A stretch of DNA of 64,000 bases from Vicugna vicugna (taxonomy: Eukaryota), in assembly GCA_013265495.1 (NCBI GenBank), contig MU058384.1, positions 2,951,010 through 3,015,009 on the forward strand, given 5' to 3'. The notes beneath the pieces were generated by a model. It saw only the letters and a program-made list of their open reading frames with translations, was not told where the DNA came from and made no database searches. Position 1 is the stretch's first letter; each line of letters starts with the position of its first letter. Positions 49,145 to 61,777 of the stretch are shown piece by piece. The position numbers and the translations under genes were made by a program.

Positions 49145-49350
49145 CTGAAGAAACAAAAATTGCCATATAGACCTCTCATAGCTTCTTCTCAAAGACTTGA
49201 CTGAGTTGGGGCTCATTTGTACTCCAATGGAAGATATCCAAGAAAACTCCTGGAGTATTCAGGAAATGCTGTTTTAGCTGTTTTGAGTTTACAAACTCAA
49301 AAATTATACTAATTTAGTGTAATTAAAGTGTTTTAGTTTGAAGTGATTTA

Positions 49351-49488
49351 TTTATTTTTTATTATTTTTAATTTTTTGTCATATTTATTTATTTATTAAA
49401 AAATTTTTAAATTGAAGTATTGTCAGTTACAATGTGTCAATTTCTGGTGTACAACCTAATGTCCCAGTCATGCACATATATACATATA
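49351..49488 (-). mobile_element. Severely 5'-truncated L1 with T-rich tail
   Basis: ttgaagtattgtcagttacaatgtgtcaatttctggtgtac; 19-bp TSD tttagtttgaa(g/c)t(g/a)attta at 49332-49350 and 49489-49507. Confidence 0.88.
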
Positions 49489-49554
49489 TTTAGTTTGAAC
49501 TAATTTATGCTGTATCTTATCATCATAGAAGAACATACTTTTTTGACACTAAAT

Positions 49555-49613
49555 GCCTCTTTGTGACCCAGGGTAAACTACTTAAGCTGTCTTCCTCTAA
49601 TTTCCTCAGCTGC

Positions 49614-49645
<32 letters not shown>

Positions 49646-49680
49646 GCATGTTGAATGGATCACATGATAGATGACTGAAT
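49555..49680 (+). mobile_element. MIR fragment with expanded poly(A) run (~49614-49638)
   Basis: tgtgacccagggtaaactacttaa...tttcctcagctgcaaaa. Confidence 0.65.
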
Positions 49681-51070
49681 TCTTATTTATAAGGTATCCT
49701 GAAGATGAAAAGCCATATATGTACAGCATACTTGCTAATACTCTCTAGTGCTTGTTGTAACCTACAGAGTTAATGGCCTTGAATTACCGTGACTCATCCT
49801 GTGTGTTGTACTCAAAAAAGTCATTCTCCAAAAGGAAAGTAATACAAAATAAAGTGTTGGCCCAGCATTTTGACCACACATCAAATTGAAAGAGGACCAG
49901 AGGGAAAATCTTCAGTGGTAGATGTGGTTTCAGTAGACACAAAATAACCAATAGGGCAACAGGCAGGGAAGAGAAAAAACATTCTCCATGCTCCTGAGAT
50001 TCCCTGATCAATCACCGCTTCCCTGGAGAGCCATATATCATGCAATTTATGCAAATTATGTGAGGTGGGACCATATATCTGCTCAGGCATGCAGAAATCT
50101 CTGGGAAATCTTTGGAGGGAAAGAAGTACCAGTGGCCAGGAAAGGAATTACCTTAGGATTGAATATGCTGAGGAGAGGGGCAGATGTCTTGGAGCAAAGC
50201 GATTTTGTTTTGGTTTTTTCTCAAAACGTTCTTGCCTTGATGTTCAACTGAATAATGATGGACAATCCCTGAACTTAAGTGTGCCCCATGGAATAGAGTA
50301 CACTGTGAAAATGCATCTCAGCAAACATCCTTTTTCAAAATGTAGCTTTAAAACCGAGGATACATTTAGCCTGGTAAGTGGAAATAAACAAAACAAAGTG
50401 CTCTGTCAAAGCAAAGCTTTCTGTCCCATTGCTAAAGAAACCAAAACCTGCAAACACAAGATGCAAGTCATTGTGAGGCAAGTGATAGTTCCTAGGTGAG
50501 CTCAGAGGCTGTTCTTGTGTAGTCATACTTGGGCCATTGCCCATTGCTGGGAATGTGCCGGGGTGTTGAATTCCTTTTCTTGCTGAACCTTGCTCTTGTC
50601 ATTCGTGGAATATGCAGGTGGGTGTGCAGGTATAAGTTTGCTTTTTGCATCAGTTCCAATTCCCTCTTCATTTTTCGGATGAAAAAGAATGAGAAATAGT
50701 CTACCAAGGGTTACTGAAATACACACACGTACACACACACAGACTTACATAAATGCATGTGTGAGGGTGCAGAGTGAATCCAGAGAGACATAGGGTAAAA
50801 AATATTATAGATTTGTTAAAATCCAACAGCCTTTGGTGTAGAGAAGAAATTCATTGCCATTTAGGTCTAATTTATTAAACTGATAAATTTATTTAAAAAT
50901 TGACTTTTAAAACTAGACATTATCCCTTTAAATATTCACATACTTCTTGTCCAAACAATAAATCAAAAATATGATTCTCTAAACTTTCATATGTTGATTA
51001 TAAACTTAAATATATCTAAATGACAAAGTAAAATCACAAGTAAGTATATCAGATTTTCTTAGTAACTCTC

Positions 51071-51260
51071 TGTAGTAGGCTAAATTATGACCGCCTGAAG
51101 ATGGTCCAGGTAATAATTCCTAGAACTTTTAAATGTTACTTTATGAGAAGCAATGAGTTTGTTTATGTGATTAAAGATCTTGTTAAAGGAAGATTATCCT
51201 GGATTACCTGGCTGGGCTTTAAATCTAATCACAAACATTCTTATAAGAGAAAGAGAGAAA
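51071..51260 (+). mobile_element. MLT1D-like LTR 5' fragment
   Basis: tgtagtaggc...gtgattaaagatcttg...agattatcctggatta...taatcacaaacattcttataagagaaag. Confidence 0.75.
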
Positions 51261-52049
51261 TTGAACAAACAAAATAGCCTAAAATGTCACTAAGGTTACA
51301 AAACTGTTTAAAAATCTTCTCATCATTCCTGCTTAAAAAAGGACAATCAGTCTGATTTTGCTTCTTAAGCTTATTTTCCAATCAGTTGAGGTTTCATGTT
51401 CTGGGTGTGTTGACTCCTTAAATCAACTGGGGCCTTCGACCTGGTTATTCAGGCCAAGGTGATTCAAACTTGAGCTCCTGATCATAGACTGAAGTCCTTT
51501 TGGGATAATGCTCTCTGGTGTTGTCACAGGATTTTAATTGCCTTTTCTATTGACTTTCTTTTTTTGTTTCATTTTTTTCCCTTTAAGTAACATTTGGCCT
51601 ATAGCTATCACATAGTGACAGTCTGTAGGATAATTATATACGTCTCACAGGTAGGTCATTGACTGGGGAGGGGAATCTAGCAGACTCATTTTCTTGGATG
51701 TGCCATTAGCTCTCCTTCAAATTATCTTAGAATGTCCTTGCTGAGATTGCTTCTGAGCTGATTATCACCCACGCATCCCTGCTCTCAACTGATCTGCCTG
51801 GTGGTTGTGTGAGACCAGCAGCAGCGAATGGCTCTTCCACTCACTGATACAACTCCAGGACTCCCTGGGGATGTGCTCGCCCACAGCTTTATTCTTATGG
51901 TCCTTATTACACTTCTGTGAGGTCACTAAATATTTAGGCAAGTTCCAAATATGCATGTGCCACAAGCAGGGGGAAGGGCACCGGCCTATCCCTGGAGGCC
52001 TGTCTCCTGCTCTGCACTCGTAATGTGTTGACTCTGGGTTTGTGTCTGT

Positions 52050-52317
52050 TGCTTCCTGGGTTACAGACGACCGTTGCTCCAGGTGTTAAACAGGAAGGAG
52101 AGCAAAAGTCGGCGGTGGCCCTGCAGCCACCCCTCCATCATGAGGGTAAAAGCTTTCCTAAGATGCGCTGCCCCAACAAAGCAGACCTCTCATTGACCCA
52201 AATTATATCATATGACCTGCTGGCTTCAAAAAGACTGGGCAAGATGCTTATAATTTGTAGTCTCTATAGAGTGAGGCAAGCAAGGGTGATTGACTAGCCA
52301 GCCTCCCGCCTGCCACA
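52050..52317 (-). mobile_element. Old MaLR LTR fragment (MLT1J/L-like)
   Basis: ctctcattgacccaaattatatcatatgacc...tctctatagagtgaggcaagcaaggg...ctgccaca. Confidence 0.5.
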
Positions 52318-53518
52318 CAACTTGTCTGTGCACATCTGCCTTACGCCTCTCCTTCTATAGACCTCCTTCTTCTGCTTCACCATTTACATGGCCAAAATTG
52401 AACACCTTAGCTCTAGAGAACTTCCCAGTCTAGAGACCTGTTTCTCTATTTGTGACCCATGGCCTTTCTGCTTTAGATTCACGGGGGACATTTGTTAAAA
52501 GTATCCTGATCTCCAAAACTGTGGCATCAGACACATCCTAAAGATCAAAGATCCTGAAGGTCAAATAGCCTTCAGTCCCAGTCCCAGAGGTGTGCTGGTG
52601 GAACTTGGAAATCTTGCATGATTCTTATGTACATTAAACTTTGAGGGTCAGGGAAATAGTGTCCTTATGTCCTAATTCCAAAGTCCTGGGAAAGGGCTCC
52701 TCGTTGACCTGCTTGGGTCTGGTGTGTACGACCCTCAGTCCATTCACTGGAGGGTGCCACTGGAAGGCGGGCCAGCTCAGGGCCAACGGCACTGCCCTCC
52801 CATCAGCGACGTTAGGAGTAGACTCTCAAAGGGGCATGGCAGGGCAAGAAGGCAAAGCTCCTAACTTCTCTGTTACAGAGCTTATAATTCCCAACATGCA
52901 GCTTCTCATTTCACAGGTGCCCTCTCATGATTCCAGACGTCTCTCTCACGCAGCAGGTTTCTGCTTATGCAACTTAGGTACGGCCCCTGCCCCAGTGACC
53001 CGCACTGCCCTGCCTGGCTGGGCCCAGCCTGCTGCAGACACCGACTCATTTCACTTCCTTTCCAACCACTGCCTGCCCAAGCCTGGCCTCACTCATGTCA
53101 CTCAACTTAGAATTCTATGTAACTCATTTATTGCTTTCAACAAACGCTTGTTCTTGCAAATGAAAAACAAAACAAAACAAAACCAAAAACACCTTTGACT
53201 TGCAGATCATAGTTCCTACTCTGCATTTTAGAAATCCAGCCGCAATTTTCATAGACTTCTTTGCGTTAGACTCTGCTCTCCTCTGACAGAAGCTTATAGA
53301 GAAAGTATCACTGATACTTGAAAAATTGGGGAAAAGGTAGGATAAAATCAACCAGGAGCATATAGATCAGTATAAAACACTCTCATCCCATTCCCACTCT
53401 CAGCTATGTTGTCTTACATGTGATTCATGTGTGTTAATCTTGTCTCTCCTAATAGAGTAGAAGCTTCTGGATGGCAGGGGTCATGTATTTTAAATCTCCC
53501 CTCAACTCTCCACCACTC

Positions 53519-53973
53519 AACAAGTGTCTTCCGCAATCTATTTAGTGCCATGTTTTGAGTTTTTTGTTTTGTTTTGTTTTGTTTTTTGTCTTGTGATTTC
53601 ACTGTCTGATATGGTCCCTAATCAGAGTACTGAAATGCTGTCTAGTGTTCTCAAGCACAAGAAGGCTGGGATGTGCCTCAGGGAGAAAATATGTATGTTA
53701 AATAAGCTTCATTCAGGCATGAGTTACAGTATTGTTGGCTATAAGTTCAATGTAAATGAATCAACAATATATATTAAATAAGATGTCTTTAAACAGAAAC
53801 ATGCATAAAACAAGGTTAAGCGTTGGTTGGCTGATGGAAATTATGTGACCAGAAAGGCTTGTGGGAACCTAACACTGTGCCTTTCCAGGAGCAAAGTAGT
53901 TCAGTATTTGCTAAATCAGTGTTCCCAGTGACTTACAGAACATAACTACTGAAAATACTGTGAATCAACCATA
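53519..53973 (+). mobile_element. Tigger4 (Zombi) 3' portion
   Basis: aagcacaagaaggctg...gagaaaatatgtatgttaaataagcttcattcaggcatgagttacagt...ggaacctaac. Confidence 0.88.
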
Positions 53974-54084
53974 TATGTCTGCAGAGTCATGTGAAACTGA
54001 GTGGCAGTCACTACGACAATTCACCCCCACATTGTCAACTTCATGATGCTTATCTTACTGATGGGCACAAAATAATAGATGGGG

Positions 54085-54275
54085 CAGAGAACTATATTTA
54101 GATACAGACACACCTGTGTATAAATCCAAGCTCTACCTCTGGGTAAGTAACACTTTCATTGAGTCTCAGTTTACTTACTTTGGAAAAAAACCTTCCAAAG
54201 TTCTTGTGATGATTAAAATGAGATAATACGCAAGGCTGGCATAGAGCAGACATTTTCACGAATAGCAAGTATCAC
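54085..54275 (+). mobile_element. MIR SINE
   Basis: gagtctcagttt...cttgtgatgattaaaatgagataatacgcaag. Confidence 0.65.
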
Positions 54276-54989
54276 TGTAGATAGCAGTCAGCAAATAGTT
54301 GATTTCCAAGGCAGATCGAACTGGGTGTTTGAGTAGAGGTGGGTAGCTCTAGTCACTGCCTAATGCTCATTCCAACTGGGAGTTTGGGTATGCAGCATAG
54401 AGATTGGATTTATCATCTTATATTGCATCTCAGATTGTGAGAGTAGGTTAGCCTCAGAACCCAACCAGAGCAGAATAGAGAAATTCAACCGAAATCAATT
54501 TATCATAATCAATGCCAGGCTAGTTTGCATATCATTAGGTGTGTCAGGAAAAATACAACTCTGAGGGTACTTCTCTTCCTCTTTTCCTTCCAGAAGAAAG
54601 GATTTTAACCACACCTGTCACAAAATATGAACTGGTGAAGCAGCATTTTATCTAGAATCGATGACTACATGCTGTAAGAATTTTGCTGATGTGAAAACCA
54701 TGTTTCTGATACTGCAACTGAATCATCATTTGCTTCTATCAGGCTTTGAGGACCACAGAGACATTATGGTTTTTACTGAGCCAACCTTCCTTGTGTGTCA
54801 ACAAAGGTAGCGTAAGAGTCATTTAAATGAAAGTTTTCATGAAGATCTAATTTCACAAAAAAGAGCATCACCAGTAAATAGAGTTGACTTTTTGTTTTCC
54901 AATTTAGTAAGACTGAATTGGACATTTTACATAATGCAAGTTTACATTACATTTTATATAAATGTTATCTTCTAAGATGGGTTCTGATC

Positions 54990-56010
54990 TCTAGGTTGTA
55001 TGTCCAACAGTGTGCTTGGCATCTCCACTTAGATGTCTGACAATCCTACACCAACCATCCCTTCCCTCCTCTTTACTATCCTAGAAATGGCTTTCCCATT
55101 TAGATTGTGACTCAACTCTAATACTTGGGAATCAGCCCTGATATTGCTTTTTCCTTTCCATCCTCTTCTTTGGGAAGTCCTGTCAGTTCTACCTCCAAAA
55201 TACATCCTCAGTCCAACCACATCTCACTTCTGCTGCTGCTACAAGAAGTCATTGTCTCTCACCTGAACTGCTCCAACAGCCTCTTAACTGGTCTTTCTGC
55301 TTTCACGCTGTCTCCACCCACAGCTACTCCCTTTCATTCTTCATACATCAGACAGACTGTTCTTTTTAAAGATTATATTGGGTCATAGCATTCTCTTGAT
55401 TTAAAACCCTCCCATTGTCTCCCACTGTAATTAAAATAGAATCTAAACTCCATTAGGGCCCAAGTGCTGAGCTGGTCTCACCAACATCTTGGACCTCATC
55501 TTGTTCCCCTCTCCCTGTCACTTATTACATTCCTGTCCCTGCCAGTCGTTGGCTTTCTCTTTGTCTCTGGAAAATGCAGTTTGTTCTGGTCTCATAGCCT
55601 TTTCTCCTGCCATTTCCTCTGGTTGGAATGGTCCTTCCTGAGCTCTTGGCCTGCTCTGGCTTCCTTTCTCATCGTCCAGCACTTAGACAAAATGTCACCT
55701 CTCCAGAGAGTCCTTCCCTGACTGCTTAGCTAGAGCAGTTATCCCTTGCTGTAAGACACCCTCTACCTTATTTGTTTCTATAGGAAATATCACTCTCTAA
55801 ATCTCTTTCTGTCCTCCTCTTCTCCCCTTTTCCCTCCCAATTTGCCTCTCTGTCTTCCTCCCTTCCTTCTATTTTTTTCCTTACTTGTTTGTTGACTGTT
55901 TCCCCCATCACAGCATAAACGTCACTAAGACAAGGATTTCTTTCCTTCCCCACTGTAATTCTAGCACCTAGAATTGTGCCTGGCTCACTGCAGGTGCTCA
56001 GTTAATAAAT
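54990..56010 (+). mobile_element. L2 (L2a/b-like) ~1 kb 3' portion
   Basis: catctccacttagatgtct; cagttctacctccaaaatacatc; aacagcctcttaactggtct; ctagcacctagaattgtgcctggc...caggtgctca. Confidence 0.85.
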
Positions 56011-56215
56011 ACCGTTTATTGAGGGGTCTTTTTGTGCCAGACACTGCAGTAGCTTCATTAGACATCAATTTCTCTTTCTCAAAACAATCTTTCAAAGATT
56101 TAAACATGGATAAGTTGAAGCATGGAGAGCTTATGTGACACAGCTAATTGGCGTGAAACTGAGCTGCATTGAGAAGGTCTGTTCAATTTCAAAACCTATG
56201 CCTTTTTTCTGTTAT
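56010..56215 (-). mobile_element. MIR SINE
   Basis: tttattgaggg...tgtgccagacactg...gtgacacagctaattggc. Confidence 0.65.
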
Positions 56216-58045
56216 TCAACAGCTTCATTCTACCTGATTTTCAGGCTTCACGTTTGTGGCTAAGCACCCTTGCATTTGTCTTTTATATTTTGATTTTGCC
56301 AAATGATTGCCTTTATACAGCTGCTCATATCTAGTGTCCTTTTTGCTGTGATTGATATTAATACATTTACTAATCTTCTAGATTGTTTTTCTTTACAGGT
56401 ATAGGACACAACTTTTAATCAAGGACAATGAAACTGATGGTCATTATCATCATGGAAATGAATTTTTTTCCTGAGGTATTAGTAGATTTAGACAATAGTA
56501 TTTAGTAGCTTTATTTTCCTCAATCAATTTCTTTGTGGCTGGCTCTATTACAGTAATTATATCAGCTTGTATATTTGTTTCCCCCTTTCTCCACATCATT
56601 TTTCATTTTCTATTTCAGTTTAGACAGAACAAATGTGTAGACCTCAGATTCTTTTTAAAAATGGATGTGGGTAGTGAGGGAAGTTAGAAGTAGAAACCAT
56701 AAATTAGTAGATGTATCTAGAACTGTCCTAGCTACTGAGTTATGTCATTCTAACCATCTTAGAGACAAATGTTGAGTGTGAGATAGATGCTTGTGGTGAA
56801 TTGAAAAGAGAGAGCATAGGGGGGACTGAACTGACGGTAGGTATTTCTGACTCATCTACAAGCTGTATTTTTATAACTCTACTCGATAGGCCAAACCCAA
56901 ACACGAGAGTTACCCCAGAGCAGAGGGAAGAGTACAGATCTCTGCCCACAGACCTCCTCCCACACTACCTCTGCCTTCAAACACCCACAGACTCCCTAGC
57001 ACCTTCTCAATGTGCCCATCCCTGCCATAAGCAAAAACCTGGGCTCCCAGCGGCCCACTAGTGCCTGAATTAGCTGATGTATCTCTTGGGCATAATGGGG
57101 ACCAGAAAAAAAAGAAGAGAGTAAGTATGGAAGACCTAAGATTTATTCACCAATTTGGAAAGAAACTAAGAGGCCATACCATAGACCCCCGAAGGGAGCC
57201 CCTTCTAGCTTCCTTGACCTATAACTGACCATTCCCTCGCCTTCCTGGCACCAACCCAGGCACTTTTTGACCTGTACTCCCTGCATTTCCTGTGTCCTGC
57301 CTGCCGCACTCTCTCACCCCTTAACCTGTCCTGACCCTCAGCTTCCTGTCTCTGGGGGCCTAGTATTTCTGGCTTTGTCTCCTCCTGGAAGGTGTAAAAG
57401 GACATCTACCTGCCCATCCACACTTTTTCACTGAAGCCCTCTTCCTTTACACCACGCCACTCCCATCCCCTCTATTAGGCTTTAAGAAAATCAAAAACTG
57501 TACCACCAACAAGGCTTGTGCACTCCAAACACCAGACGCTGGAGGGTGGCTGAAGTGACTTTTTGTGCCTGTAGCCCAAGCCATTTAATTTCATGCGTAG
57601 GATATCCTGAAAAACAAAACAAGAGTGTGGGTGATTCCCCGCCCTCACCCCCAACTTGGCAGTTTCAAAGCTTCAGTAAGTTAAAATCTCCCTGTACTTG
57701 GTTGGTTCTCGGTCTCCCCTAACAGAGCGTCCCAGCACTCAAAACTGTTCCAGACGTATAAACTGTGCTCAGAGAGAGTTTGTTTTTTCCCTCCAGGTAG
57801 TTTGATTAGATAATAACCTCACAAAAATAGTTAATTTCTTTTGCTCCTGTCTCTTAGAAGTAAAGGTCAACTTTATGTGAATAATTATTTTTCTCTGTAG
57901 TAATTTTTAGTTTCACAATTTTTATTTAGTTCCAAAAGGAGAAAAATAAAACAAGTTGCTAAAACGCTAACCTAAAAAAAATGGTAGCTATTATCCTGAT
58001 TAAGTTATTTTCAACATTTCTAGACATTTCAGGTAACAGGTTTTT

Positions 58046-58239
58046 ATTTTTTATTTAAACATTTTTAAAAATTTTACTTATTTTTAAAATTTTTGTTTAT
58101 GTTTGGGGAAGGTAATATTTATTTATTTATTTTTTTAAATTATTATTATTATTATTATTATTTTACTTAATGGAGGTCGATCCCATGACCTCGTACACGC
58201 TAAGCATGCACCCTACCACTGAGTTACACCCTCCCCTCA
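58046..58239 (-). mobile_element. tRNA-Ala-derived SINE (camelid vic-1 type) with long A-rich tail
   Basis: gacctcgtacacgctaagcatgcaccctaccactgagttacaccctcccc; TSD aggtaacagg(t/c)tttt at 58031-58045 and 58240-58254, followed by AA (L1 endonuclease TTTT/AA site). Confidence 0.9.
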
Positions 58240-59078
58240 AGGTAACAGGCTTTTAAAAAAACATTTTTATGGCAGCATTATGAAAGTCAGTACATTTTTT
58301 TATTTCATAACTCTTGACTCTTCCTAAAGTATGACGGTACTGTCAATGTTGTATGAATTTATTTACTATGTAAAATCAAGCTCTATTTTTCAGAATAATT
58401 TCTTTATTGATTGTAAATATAATTTCCCCCAGTGAATCCAGAGCACATTCAGGTAGGTTAGCCTGCTTGTCATACTCTTCTGTTATGAGCATTTCCCTGG
58501 GACAGTAAATTTCCCTAAAAACATGATTTGTGATGACCACCTACTGTGTGGTGAAATGCTGCTCCATGGTTTTGTTGATACCGCATGAGATTTTGGTTGT
58601 TTCTTATTTTTTCCGTATTAAAAATATGGCAATAAGATTTTTTTGATTTCTTGAGCTCAAAACTTGTTTTCCCCTGACCTGAAGGAGCAAGGACTGGTGC
58701 TGAGCTGAGACCAAAGTTCAGTGCTGCTGTTGGAGTCTCAGCCCATGTTTCTCTTGCAGATGCGTGGGGAGTTTTTAGGTGTGAGGTTTCCTGACAGCCT
58801 TGACCTGCTGCTCCCTCCCTTCCTGACTGACAGATGGGCCCTTTGACTACAACGAGGCCAGGATGGGCAGATACAGGCCCAGCTGGGCTCCCAATGGCCA
58901 GAACTGGGCAGGAGGTGAGATTCAGCACCTTCTTCAGCTCTTGGCCGCCTATTCCCATTGGATAACTGGCTTTCTACTTCTCCCTTAGAACATTCCTCAT
59001 CTGGTGCTATAGCTTTGGTGGCTTGATTTCTGTTGGTTCCAGTTATAAAATTCCTCTTCTGGAAGCTGCACAGACAAC

Positions 59079-59945
59079 TGTGATAATGTGATTTATAATA
59101 AGCAATACATATCTGGTCTTTGATCCTATTTCCAGCTCAGAGCTCCTAAAATACTTGGAATCTTCTAAGAGGTGAGGAAGGTAAAGGTATCTTTTCTTAT
59201 GTTAATAAGATGACTTTTGGAAAACACCTAAGGTTGGGAGCTGGTTGCTGAAAACCAACTATATGGTTAGAGGCTTAGAACATTCAGTCCCACCCCCCTG
59301 ACCTCCAGAGAGAAGAGACGGGCTAGAAATGAAGTTCAGTCACCAATGGCCTATGATTTAATCAATAATGCCTATGTAGTGAGGCCTCCCTAAAACCTAA
59401 ATGAATGGGGTTCATAGAGCTTCCCTGATGGCAGACATATCGAGCTTTGGGGAGAGTGGTATGCCTGGAGAGGACATGGAAACTCCACGACGTTTCCCCA
59501 TATCTCACCCTAGGTATCTCTTCCATCTGGCTGTTCTTGAGTTAGATCCTTTTTTAGGAATCTGGTAATCTAGTAAGTAAAATGTTTTTCTGAGTTCTGT
59601 GAGCTACTCTAGCAAATTCATTGAACCCAAGGAGGGAGGTCATTGGAACCTCCAATTAGGCAGCAACATGGGTGAAAAACCAGACTTGCAGGTGGCATCT
59701 GAGGTTTTATGTTTTTTGTTTTTGTTTTTTTCTTTTTTTGAGTGAGAGTGGTGAGAAGAGTCTTGTAGGACTGAGCCCTTAACCTTGGGGGATCTGATGC
59801 TGTCTCTAGGAAGGCAGTGACAGAATGAAGTTGAATTGTAGGACATGCCGCTGGTGTCAGAGAATTGCTTGGCAATGTGGGGAAAAATCTCATAAGTTGG
59901 AATGATTTGGAATCAGAATCTTAACAACCCAGAATTGTTTCAGTA
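59079..59945 (+). mobile_element. MER21C-like LTR
   Basis: tgtgataatgtgatttataata...cagagctcctaaaa...tttttctgagttctgtgagctactctagcaaatt...cttgtaggactgagcccttaacc. Confidence 0.85.
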
Positions 59946-60284
59946 TCAGAGTCCATGCTGGGCTTTCATATTCTATCCCCAGAAACTGTGTCCTGATGCA
60001 GCAGCTGGGTCTTGTCCTCTGCTGAAGAGCTCGGTGATATCCATTAGTCCCTTCTTATGGATAAGAGATTGCTCCTTCTCAGCTTCTCCGTCACTGCAGT
60101 CAACTCCTGTATGCTCAACCCAGTATGCTTTAGTCTTTCCTCGACTTTTGTCCTTTCTCTGAAACATGAAGACCTCTTCCAGTGTCTACAACTGTTCTAT
60201 TCTCTAAGCACCCATCCCATGCCAGCAGTCAAGATCAGCTCCCAGGAATCATCCCTTCTTCTCCTGGTTCCTCTTTGGTCTGGT

Positions 60285-60437
60285 GGCAGTGATCTCATCT
60301 CTGTGCCTCTTCTGTGTCTTTATATGGAGATAATAATAGTACTTGCCTCATAGAATTGTGAGGATGCAATAAATTAACATGTGGAAAGAGCTTAGACCAT
60401 TGCCACCTAAGTGTTTAATAAGACTTACATTTATTAT
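60285..60437 (+). mobile_element. MIR SINE
   Basis: ctctgtgcctc...atggagataataatagtacttgcctcatagaattgtgaggat. Confidence 0.8.
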
Positions 60438-60869
60438 CTTAGAAAATTTATTTCCAAGCACTGTTATCACCAGTGAATTCAGGTAGGTCTTCCTTTGGTG
60501 TCCCACTGCAGGGAAAGACAGGAGCAGGCTGGGAAGAAAGCTCTTGGATTGTTGCTTCTCTTACCAGGAAACCACATGTGTCAAAAAAGACCTTCTACCA
60601 AATTCAGAGCCAGTGATCAATAGTATTTCCCTTTTATCTTATCTGAAGCAGGCAAATAAAAACACATATTTCCTTCTGAATTGTACACAATGTGATTTTA
60701 ACGGGTATTAAAGGAAACATTCTACATGTACCAAGGGCTTGATTTCAGCTGTGTCTTCCTCAGTCTCACATTCTAGGCTTAATGTGAGTTAGGAGAAGGC
60801 TGGAAAAAGTATGTGGAAGTTCAGTATGTTATGTAACCCTCAAGAGGCAGATCACAGGAAAACGTATGC

Positions 60870-61210
60870 TGACAGACTCATAGAAACAGAAAGAAGAATG
60901 ATGGTTGCTGTTGGTCAAAGAGCACAAACTTCAGTTTTAAGATGAATCAGTTCCAGGGATCTAATATTCAGCATGGTGACGAGAGTTAACCATATTGCAT
61001 TATATACCTGAAATTTGCTAAGAGAGGTCTTAAATGTTTTTGCCATACACACAAAACATTGTAATAACGTGAGGTGATGGATGTGTTAACTATATCGTGG
61101 TAGTCATTTTGCAGTATATACCTGTATCAAGTCATCCTGTTGTATCCTTTAAACTTACACACATTATCTGTCAATTATCTCTCACTAAAGCTGGGACCAA
61201 AAAAAAAAAA
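60870..61210 (+). mobile_element. L1MA/L1MB-like 3'UTR
   Basis: actcatagaaacagaaag...gaaatttgctaagagag...gtgaggtgatggatgtgttaact...tgtcaattatctctcactaaagctggg plus poly(A). Confidence 0.85.
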
Positions 61211-61453
61211 TGTGATGAGAACCCTTCACTGGGGGGGGGGACCTCCAAATTGTGATCAAGTTGTCAAATTTAGTGGCAGCAAATCAGTTTGGTTTTGCCA
61301 CGTTTGTTAGTGAGAACACTGAACCAAGCCCAGCAGATGATGTCAAGTAGGGCAGGCGGATTAGCTGTAAGAGGTTGGAGTCATAGCTGAAGATGATACA
61401 CTGAAAAATGTCAAGGACTGGTAACTGGGACATACAAAAACTGTGCCTTGTGA

Positions 61454-61777
61454 GACGTAGAAAACAAACTTATGGTTACCAAAGCGGAAAGGGGATTGGG
61501 AAAGGATAAATTAGGAGTTTGGAATTATCAGATATATACTACTATATATAAAATAGATAAACAGCAAGGACCTACTGTATATTACCAGGAACTATATTCA
61601 GTATCTTGTAATAACCTATAATGGAAAAGAATCTGAAAAGGAATATATATATATATATAAACTGAATATATGTATATATATATAAACTGAATCACATTGC
61701 TATACACCTGAAACTAACACAACATTGTAAATTAGCTATTAAGTTAAATTTAAAAAATTAATTAAATAAAAAAAACC
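61454..61777 (+). mobile_element. Cetartiodactyl-type L1 3' end
   Basis: gtagaaaacaaacttatggttaccaaag...cacctgaaactaacacaacattgtaaat plus A tail; TSD ctgtgccttgtga at 61441-61453 and 61778-61790. Confidence 0.92.

Noticed and set aside
52641..53198. 185-aa ORF
   Set aside because: Non-ATG start, ends in a CAAAA simple repeat, no recognisable motif
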